From positions 349,046 to 413,045 of the forward strand of contig JAQUPP010000001.1 in assembly GCA_028716665.1 (NCBI GenBank): a DNA stretch of 64,000 bases, in the 5' to 3' direction. Position 1 is the first letter of the stretch. Every line of letters starts with the position of its first letter. The stretch comes from Patescibacteria group bacterium (lineage in GTDB: Bacteria; Patescibacteriota; Patescibacteriia; UBA2591; JAQUPP01). Both the position numbers and the translations under genes were made by a program. This document shows, piece by piece, positions 57,335 to 64,000 of this stretch. The notes beneath the pieces are model-generated. The model saw nothing but the letters and a program-made list of their open reading frames with translations, was not told the DNA's origin and searched no databases.

Positions 57335-60055
57335 ATGTCACTTTTTAAAAAAATTTTTGGCGACCCCAATAAAAAAGAAGTTCAAAAACTTCTGCCAATC
57401 GTGGAAAAAATAAATTCTTTGGAATCGGAATTCGAAAAATTAACAGACAATGGTTTGATTGAAAAAACAAATGAATTAAAAGATGAATTGAAAAATGGAA
57501 AATCAAAGGATCAAATTTTGCCAAGAGCTTTTGCTTTGACAAGAGAAGCGGCCAAGAGGACATTGAAACAAAGGCATTTTGATGTTCAATTAATGGCCGG
57601 TATTATTCTTCATAAAGGACAAATCGCTGAATTAAAAACCGGTGAAGGAAAAACTTTAGCCGCCACCTTAGCGGCTTATTTGAATGCTCTGGACGGGAAG
57701 GGGGTGCACATTATTACGGTTAATGATTATTTGGCTCGCCGAGACACCGTTTGGATGGGTCAAATTTATTATGCCTTGGGATTGAGTGTCAGCTGCATTG
57801 TTCACGATGCGGCTTTTATTTATGATCCGAATTATCAGCCGCCAGTTGAGGAAAATTCCGAGCCGAATAAAAATGAAGAAAATAAAGAAGTGGAAGCTTT
57901 TAAAATTATTAAAAGCTATTTGAGACCGGTCAAAAGAAAAGAAGCGTATCAGGCGGATATTACTTATGGCACGAATAATGAATTCGGTTTTGATTATTTG
58001 AGAGATAATTTGGTTTACAGTTTGGATGACATGGCTCAGCGAGAATTTAATTACGCCATTGTTGATGAAGTGGATAGTATTTTAATTGATGAGGCTAGAA
58101 CACCTTTGATTATTTCTTCGCCGGCTGAAGAATCGGCGGACTTGTATTTTAAATTGGCGCGCTTGGCTAAAAATTTTAAAAAAGAAGAAGATTATATTGT
58201 TGACGAAAAAATGCAAACTGTCATTTTAACCGAAGGCGGACAAAATAAATTAATAGCTTGGCTGGGCGAAGATCCGTGGGCGAACAGTAATTTCACTTTA
58301 GTTCATCACATTGAATCCGCATTAAAAGCTGAAAGTCTTTTTACTTTGGATCGCAATTATGTTGTTAAAGACGGAGAAATAGTAATTGTTGATGAATTTA
58401 CCGGAAGATTGATGTTCGGCCGCCGTTATTCCGAAGGATTGCATCAAGCCATTGAAGCCAAAGAAAATGTGGCGGTTCAACAGGAATCAAACACTTTGGC
58501 CACGGTCAGTTTTCAAAATTATTTTCGTCTTTATAAAAAATTAGCCGGTATGACCGGTACGGCCCTGAGCGAAGCGGAAGAATTTGATAAAATTTATCAT
58601 TTGGAAGTAGTGGCTATTCCCACCAACAAACCCGTGACCAGAGAAGATTTCTCGGATAAAATTTATCGCACTGAACAGGGAAAATATAATGCTTTGGCTG
58701 AAGAAATTAAAAAATGTTATGAAAAAGGCCAACCGGTTTTGGTCGGTACGATTTCAGTGGATAAAAATGAATTAGTTTCCCAATTATTGGAACGCAAGGG
58801 AATTCCTCACGAAGTTTTAAACGCCAAGAATCATGAGAGAGAAGGGCAAATTATCGCTCAAGCCGGCAGAATGAAAGCAATAACCGTAGCCACCAATATG
58901 GCCGGTCGGGGAGTAGATATTATTTTAGGCGGCAATCCGCCGAATCCAGAAGAACAAAAAAAAGTTATTGAAGCCGGAGGTTTGCGCGTGATCGGCACAG
59001 AACGGCACGAATCTCGCCGCATTGACAATCAGTTAAGAGGAAGAAGCGGACGTCAAGGCGATCCGGGTTCAACGGAATTTTTTATTTCCCTGGAAGATGA
59101 TTTAATGAGAATTTTTGGCGGTAATCGCATTTCAGGTTTAATGCAAACTTTAAAAATTCCGGAAGATTTTCCAATTGAAAACAGAATGGTTTCTCGAGCC
59201 ATTGAATCAGCGCAAAGAAAAGTTGAAGAATTTAATTTTGACATGAGAAAACATTTACTTGATTATGATGATGTTTTAAACAAGCATCGCGAAACGATTT
59301 ATGGCCGAAGAAAAAAGATTTTGGCCATGGACAAAGAAGGTTTAAAAGCGAAAATTTTAAATGTTATTGAAGAAGAAATTAAAAAAATAGTCGCTTTTCA
59401 TACGGCCGGCGACGCAGAAAATCAATGGGATGTTAAGGGTATTGCCAATTTAATTAAAAATATTTTTCCGGTTCAGGAAAATTTGGAAGAAGCTTTAAAT
59501 GATATTTATAATCAAGCCGGTGATCGTTCACAAGATATTTACACTCGCGACAGATTGATAAAATATTTGGAAGAATTAGCTCGTGAAGCTTATAATAAAT
59601 TGGAAGCGACAGTTGAAGCGTCGGGCAAATCATTATCAATTCCGGAACCGAATTTATTTGAAAAAATTGAAAAATCAATCTTACTTCAAAGTATTGATCG
59701 TTATTGGATTTATCATTTGGAAATTATCAATAATCTTAAAGACGGCATCGGATTAAGGGCTTATGGCCAGCACGATCCTTTAGTGGAATACAAAAAAGAA
59801 TCTTTCCAAAAATTTAATCAGCTTCTTGATGCGATTGACAAACAAGTGGTTTATTCCATTTATAAAGTCGGCTTGGTGGAAAGAGCGCCAATACAGCAAT
59901 CCAAACAGATGAAATTAAGCGGGGCGGAAAAATCAACAAATAATGCAGAGCCGATAGATAGTAAGCAAAAAGTCGGGCGCAATGATCCGTGTCCTTGTGG
60001 AGCAAAAAAACCAGATGGAACTCCGATAAAATATAAACATTGTCACGGGAAATAA
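57335..60055 (+). CDS. secA: Protein translocase ATPase SecA
   Basis: KTGEGKT, TVNDYLARRD, VDEVDSILIDEARTPLIIS, ATNMAGRG, QLRGRSGRQGDPG, GRNDPCPCG...KYKHCHG. Confidence 0.99.
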   Translation: MSLFKKIFGDPNKKEVQKLLPIVEKINSLESEFEKLTDNGLIEKTNELKDELKNGKSKDQILPRAFALTREAAKRTLKQRHFDVQLMAGIILHKGQIAELKTGEGKTLAATLAAYLNALDGKGVHIITVNDYLARRDTVWMGQIYYALGLSVSCIVHDAAFIYDPNYQPPVEENSEPNKNEENKEVEAFKIIKSYLRPVKRKEAYQADITYGTNNEFGFDYLRDNLVYSLDDMAQREFNYAIVDEVDSILIDEARTPLIISSPAEESADLYFKLARLAKNFKKEEDYIVDEKMQTVILTEGGQNKLIAWLGEDPWANSNFTLVHHIESALKAESLFTLDRNYVVKDGEIVIVDEFTGRLMFGRRYSEGLHQAIEAKENVAVQQESNTLATVSFQNYFRLYKKLAGMTGTALSEAEEFDKIYHLEVVAIPTNKPVTREDFSDKIYRTEQGKYNALAEEIKKCYEKGQPVLVGTISVDKNELVSQLLERKGIPHEVLNAKNHEREGQIIAQAGRMKAITVATNMAGRGVDIILGGNPPNPEEQKKVIEAGGLRVIGTERHESRRIDNQLRGRSGRQGDPGSTEFFISLEDDLMRIFGGNRISGLMQTLKIPEDFPIENRMVSRAIESAQRKVEEFNFDMRKHLLDYDDVLNKHRETIYGRRKKILAMDKEGLKAKILNVIEEEIKKIVAFHTAGDAENQWDVKGIANLIKNIFPVQENLEEALNDIYNQAGDRSQDIYTRDRLIKYLEELAREAYNKLEATVEASGKSLSIPEPNLFEKIEKSILLQSIDRYWIYHLEIINNLKDGIGLRAYGQHDPLVEYKKESFQKFNQLLDAIDKQVVYSIYKVGLVERAPIQQSKQMKLSGAEKSTNNAEPIDSKQKVGRNDPCPCGAKKPDGTPIKYKHCHGK

Positions 60056-60072
60056 AAAACAAGCAAAGCGCA

Positions 60073-60108
60073 GCCCCGTACTGAACCAGCAGGTTCAAGT
60101 ACCGGGGT
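60073..60108. repeat. GC-rich bulged stem-loop (REP-like element or terminator)
   Basis: CCCC-GTAC-T-GAACC-agca-GGTTC-A-a-GTAC-c-GGGG, with no U-tract. Confidence 0.55.
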
Positions 60109-60133
60109 ATAAGAAATGTTGTGGGAAATAAAT

Positions 60134-60436
60134 ATGAAATATAATAAATTAGTCAGAGATAAAATTCCGGAATATATAAAAAGCAAAAACGGTGTGCCGA
60201 TTATCCATATTGCTGGCAATAAAGAGTATTGGCAAAAATTGAAAGAAAAATTACAGGAGGAGATAAAAGAATTTTCTGAGAGCGAAACCATTGAAGAAAT
60301 GGCGGATATTTTGGAGGTAATCAACGCGATTTGCGATTTTAAGAAATTTGACAAGAAAAAACTTGAAGCAGTGAGAAAGAAAAAAGTAAAAGAAAGAGGG
60401 GCGTTTAAAAAGAAAATTATTTTAGAAGAATCATAG
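60134..60436 (+). CDS. MazG-like / PRA-PH all-alpha NTP pyrophosphohydrolase
   Basis: [37 protein letters not shown] 60134 is preferred over 60116. Confidence 0.85.
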   Translation: MKYNKLVRDKIPEYIKSKNGVPIIHIAGNKEYWQKLKEKLQEEIKEFSESETIEEMADILEVINAICDFKKFDKKKLEAVRKKKVKERGAFKKKIILEES

Positions 60437-60454
60437 TATATAATAATAAAATTT

Positions 60455-60901
60455 ATGGAACAACAAGTTAAGAAAAAAGTGGGAGTGGGATTTGGAGTAA
60501 TGTTAATAAAAGAAGGAAAAATTCTTTTGGGAAAAAGACACGTTGATCCTGAAAAGGCTGACTCAGAATTACACGGAGAGGGAACATGGACAATGCCCGG
60601 AGGCAAACTTGAATATGGTGAATCATTTGAAGATGGAGCAAGACGTGAGGTTTTGGAAGAAACAGGAATTCAATTGAATGAAATGAAGGTTATCTGTATT
60701 AATAACGACAAAAATGAACATGCCCATTTTATTACTATTGGATTATTTTCTGATAATTTCAGCGGAGAACCGAAAGTTATGGAACCGGATGAAATTGTTG
60801 AATGGAAATGGTTTGATGTCAATAATCTGCCTGCGCCGATGTATTTTCCAAGTAAGAAAGTTTTAGAAAACTACAAGAAAAATTTATTCTATATCCCATA
60901 A
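60455..60901 (+). CDS. NUDIX hydrolase (NUDT15/MutT-like)
   Basis: Intact Nudix box GGKLEYGESFEDGARREVLEETGI, and EP.....W.WF. Confidence 0.93.
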   Translation: MEQQVKKKVGVGFGVMLIKEGKILLGKRHVDPEKADSELHGEGTWTMPGGKLEYGESFEDGARREVLEETGIQLNEMKVICINNDKNEHAHFITIGLFSDNFSGEPKVMEPDEIVEWKWFDVNNLPAPMYFPSKKVLENYKKNLFYIP

Positions 60902-60926
60902 AATTTTTATTGATTTTAAAAATAAA

Positions 60927-61433
60927 ATGAAAAAAATTAATAAAGTTTTGGAAATAATTTCGGAAAAATTAAAAAGCGTTGATTACGCTTTTATTGGTTC
61001 GGTGAATTTATATATCCAAGGTTTGAAAATTAAACCAAGAGATATTGATATTTTAACCACCCCGGAAATAATAAAAGAAATAGATGAAATTTTAAAAGAA
61101 TATCTGACGAAAGAAATTTATTTTGATGAAAGCGAAGGGAGAAATTCGTTCAGAAGTTTCTATGAAATTGATGGCATGGAAATTGAGGTTTTGGGAAATG
61201 TAAATAATATTTCCAGAAAACCGGATAGTTTGAAAGATAAAATTTATATAGAGTTTGATAAAATTAAACTTCCCTGCATGCCCTTAAATAATGAATTGGA
61301 TATGTATGAAAAAATCGACCGCAAAGAAAAAGTTGAAATGATTAAAAAATTTTATGAAAAAGAAAAAGTCGCAGATCTATTGACTCATCAAAAGGATAAA
61401 GAATTTTTTTTACAAATTAAAAACAAAATATGA
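60927..61433 (+). CDS. Nucleotidyltransferase-fold protein
   Basis: YAFIGS..L..QG....PRDIDI, a GS plus DxD pol-beta-type motif. Confidence 0.7.
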   Translation: MKKINKVLEIISEKLKSVDYAFIGSVNLYIQGLKIKPRDIDILTTPEIIKEIDEILKEYLTKEIYFDESEGRNSFRSFYEIDGMEIEVLGNVNNISRKPDSLKDKIYIEFDKIKLPCMPLNNELDMYEKIDRKEKVEMIKKFYEKEKVADLLTHQKDKEFFLQIKNKI

Positions 61434-61651
61434 AAAATAATATGCTTAAATTAGGAAAATATAGACATTACAAAGAGAAAGAATATGAAGTAATTGGTAT
61501 CGCCAAACACAGTGAAACACTTGAAGAATTAGTGGTGTATAAAAAACTTTATGGAGACCATGATTTATGGGTGCGACCATTAAAAATGTTTATTGAAAAT
61601 GTTGAAGTTAATGGAAAGAAAATGCCGAGGTTTAAATATATTGGAAAATGA
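61430..61651 (+). CDS. DUF1653 protein
   Basis: YRHYK..Y.V..IA.HSET.E..VVY..LYG...WVRP..MF...PRF. Confidence 0.9.
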   Translation: MKNNMLKLGKYRHYKEKEYEVIGIAKHSETLEELVVYKKLYGDHDLWVRPLKMFIENVEVNGKKMPRFKYIGK

Positions 61652-61654
61652 GTT

Positions 61655-62128
61655 ATGAAATATAAAATAATAGAATTTAAACCAAAACCGGGCCAGATTG
61701 ACTATACAAAAGCGCGTTGGGCACCGGTGATTAATTGCGTGATTAAATATAAAGATAAGTTTCTCTTGGTTCAGCGAAGCGAGAAATTGAATTTTTATCC
61801 CGGATATTGGAATGGAATTTCCGGATTTCTGGATGACCACAAAACCTTGGCGGAAAAAGTAGAAGAAGAATTAAGGGAAGAATTAGGCATTAACAAAAAA
61901 GATATTTTACAAATTCGGCTCGGAGAAATTTTTGATCAAGACGAATTAAAATATAAAAAAACTTGGATTGTTCATCCGGTATTGGTAAAAGTTAAAACAA
62001 ATAAAATAAAACTTGATTGGGAGGCGAGAAATTATAGATGGGTTGACTTACAAGAAGCGAATAAGTTAAAATTATTGCCGGGTTTTGGCAAAGTTTTGGA
62101 AAAGCTGTTATCCTGGTTAGAAAAATAA
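61655..62128 (+). CDS. NUDIX hydrolase with a degenerate box
   Basis: LLVQRS..YPG.W.GISG.....LAEKVEEELREELGI and LDWE. Confidence 0.8.
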   Translation: MKYKIIEFKPKPGQIDYTKARWAPVINCVIKYKDKFLLVQRSEKLNFYPGYWNGISGFLDDHKTLAEKVEEELREELGINKKDILQIRLGEIFDQDELKYKKTWIVHPVLVKVKTNKIKLDWEARNYRWVDLQEANKLKLLPGFGKVLEKLLSWLEK

Positions 62129-62151
62129 AAGTATTTTAACTGCGAATAATA

Positions 62152-62178
62152 AAATCAGCCCTTTTCAAGGGCTGATTT
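62152..62178. terminator. Bidirectional terminator between convergent genes
   Basis: AAATCAGCCCTT-ttc-AAGGGCTGATTT, a perfect 12-bp stem. Confidence 0.85.
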
Positions 62179-62200
62179 AAGAAAAAACTTTTAGGACGAT

Positions 62201-62419
62201 TTATCCTTCAAAATGAGGGCAACGAGTTATGATTAGGGCAACATTTTCTTTTTTACAAATTTCATAAAGCATTTGTGCAATAGGGCAATTATTTTTTTCT
62301 CCTGGGTTAGATTTACAGCAATTGAAACAAAGACATTCTTTATTCCGCAAAGATTCGGTTGTCGGGTTAACCCAAACTTCTGTGTTATAGTGAACTTCTT
62401 TTTTGGGTTGTTCTTTCAT
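62201..62419 (-). CDS. Small Cys-rich hypothetical protein
   Basis: 72 aa with CLCFNCC..CPIA..C..CP. It has a strong SD (GGAGGTG-AAAA-ATG), its own promoter and a terminator. Confidence 0.75.
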   Translation of the reverse strand: MKEQPKKEVHYNTEVWVNPTTESLRNKECLCFNCCKSNPGEKNNCPIAQMLYEICKKENVALIITRCPHFEG

Positions 62420-62456
62420 TTTTCACCTCCTTTTTATTTAGAAAAGATCTGATTTT

Positions 62457-62485
62457 AGAATATCATAATTTTGTGAAAGCGTCAA
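62457..62485 (-). promoter_or_regulatory. Promoter of the Cys-rich ORF
   Basis: On the minus strand, TTGACG-17 nt-TATTCT with a TG-n extension. Confidence 0.6.
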
Positions 62486-62542
62486 GCTAATGAATAAAAT
62501 TTAGGAGGGTTTGATCAGTAGGTTAATCCTGGGTATAAATAG

Positions 62543-62570
62543 TTGACTATTTTTTTGTTAATGTTAGAAT
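62543..62570 (+). promoter_or_regulatory. Putative secD promoter
   Basis: TTGACT-16 nt-TAGAAT with a TG-n extension. Confidence 0.55.
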
Positions 62571-62613
62571 AATCATATATTTATTTAAATTAAATTGTTA
62601 GAAAAAAGACATT

Positions 62614-64000
62614 ATGACTCGTAATAAACTTTGGACAATTTTTTTAAGCATCGTTGTTTTAACCGTTTTGTCTCTTTTAGTTGATATTCCGCGTCTTCCA
62701 TCTTGGGTTCCGGGACATCAATGGTTCACCAAGCAAAAAGTTCACTTGGGACTTGATTTGCAAGGCGGCACGCAATTAATTTATCAAGCCAATACTTCGC
62801 AAATTCCCGATGATCAAAAAGTTTCAGCGGTTGAAGGAGCGCGCGACGTAATTGAGCGACGGGTAAATGTTTTTGGCGTTGCCGAACCTTTAATCCAAAC
62901 TGCTAAAGTGGGAGAAGATTGGCGCGTGATCGTAGAATTGCCGGGTATTAAAAATGTCAGTGATGCCATTAAAATGATTGGCGAAACGCCGACCTTGGAA
63001 TTTAAAGAACAAGCTCCGCAAACAGGTGCAAGTGATCCGGCGGCAATTGCGCAATATAATCAAATGGCCAAACAAAAAGCGGAATCAATTTTACAGCAAG
63101 CGCTTCAGCCTAATGCTGATTTTAGTAAATTAGCCAAACAATATTCTGAAGATCCGGGTTCAAAAGATAAAGGCGGAGATTTAGGTTGGTTTGCCAAGGG
63201 GATGATGGTTCCTGAATTTGAAACAGCGGTTTTTGATCAATTGAAAAAAGGAGAAACGACAAAAACATTGGTCCAGACATCTTTTGGTTATCATATTATT
63301 AAAAAAGTTGATGAACGAACAAATGATAAGGGCGAAATGGAAGTAACAGCCAGCCATATTTTAATTTTAACTCAAGCTCAGACGGCTCCGCAAAATACTG
63401 ATTGGCAATATACCGGTTTAACCGGCAAACAATTGAAAAGTGCAACAATGACTTTTGATCCCAATTCCAATGAACCGGAAGTTTCTTTGGAATTTAATGA
63501 AGAAGGAACAAAACTTTTCGGAGAAATTACCACCAGAAATGTTTCCAAACCTGTGGCGATATTTTTAGATGGCGTTCCTTTAAGTATCCCGACAGTTAAC
63601 GAACCGATTACCAGTGGCAAGGCTGTGATTACCGGAAAATTTGATATGAAAGAGGCCAAAGAGTTGGCGACAAGACTTTCTGCCGGTGCTTTACCAGTAC
63701 CAATAACATTAATCAGTCAGCAAAATATTGGACCGAGTTTAGGTAAACTTTCAGTGCAAAACAGTTTACTTGCCGGATTATTGGGTCTTTTGATGGTTAT
63801 GTTATTTATGACTATTTTTTATCGCGGACGGGGATTATTAGCTAGTATTATTTTAATTATTTACGCTTTAATCAACTTGGCTTTATTCAAATTAATCCCG
63901 GTTACTTTAACCTTAGCCGGTGTAGCTGGTTTTATTTTATCTATTGGCATGGCGGTTGACGCTCAAGTTTTAATTTTTGAACGCATTAAGGACGAGGAAA
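62614..64000 (+). CDS. secD: Protein translocase subunit SecD with an inserted parvulin PPIase domain (3'-truncated; absent from the ORF track)
   Basis: Manual translation from ATG 62614 gives a TM helix, [74 protein letters not shown]. The frame is open to the window end. Confidence 0.95.
   Translation, partial: MTRNKLWTIFLSIVVLTVLSLLVDIPRLPSWVPGHQWFTKQKVHLGLDLQGGTQLIYQANTSQIPDDQKVSAVEGARDVIERRVNVFGVAEPLIQTAKVGEDWRVIVELPGIKNVSDAIKMIGETPTLEFKEQAPQTGASDPAAIAQYNQMAKQKAESILQQALQPNADFSKLAKQYSEDPGSKDKGGDLGWFAKGMMVPEFETAVFDQLKKGETTKTLVQTSFGYHIIKKVDERTNDKGEMEVTASHILILTQAQTAPQNTDWQYTGLTGKQLKSATMTFDPNSNEPEVSLEFNEEGTKLFGEITTRNVSKPVAIFLDGVPLSIPTVNEPITSGKAVITGKFDMKEAKELATRLSAGALPVPITLISQQNIGPSLGKLSVQNSLLAGLLGLLMVMLFMTIFYRGRGLLASIILIIYALINLALFKLIPVTLTLAGVAGFILSIGMAVDAQVLIFERIKDEE

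Noticed and set aside
3859-60098. The many 60-116 aa ORFs nested in or antisense to long genes
   Set aside because: They overlap well-supported CDSs and show no recognisable motifs or expression signals.
60043-60606. 187-aa minus-strand ORF
   Set aside because: It is the antisense shadow of recognisable MazG-like and Nudix genes and has no motifs.
62890-63659. Minus-strand ORFs 62890-63075 and 63378-63659
   Set aside because: They are antisense to secD, which is open on the plus strand.

Overview
This AT-rich bacterial chromosomal window uses the standard code (TGA is a stop). Gene content and style suggest Patescibacteria/CPR, which is an inference. In order it contains: the 3' part of a giant surface protein (GHSQG hydrolase motif, 4 lamin-tail domains, Ig/FN3, 2 DUF2341 modules); a GT-C transferase; ftsK, a four-helix-bundle gene, a rodZ-like gene, gmd and recA; a ~34 kb minus-strand Wzx/Wzy glycan locus; a divergent flippase and O-antigen-ligase/TPR gene; pgk-eno-gpmI-gpmI-hpf-secA; a small nucleotide house-cleaning cluster; and a 3'-truncated secD that the ORF track missed. 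The glycan locus encodes a WbpABED/WbpI-type diacetamido-uronate pathway, many tailoring enzymes, a TPP E1 alpha/beta pair and a heparinase-like lyase fused to a glucuronyl C5-epimerase. The strongest leads are: (1) the lyase/C5-epimerase fusion; (2) SecD carrying an inserted, apparently circularly permuted parvulin PPIase; (3) an IVS/Avd-like four-helix-bundle gene bracketed by inverted 7-nt-periodic repeats, with related periodic arrays and ATCCGC..GCGGAT palindromes in intergenic spacers and in frame inside housekeeping genes. No rRNA, tRNA, CRISPR array, transposase or reverse transcriptase was recognised. All family calls come from motif reading by eye, not from database searches.
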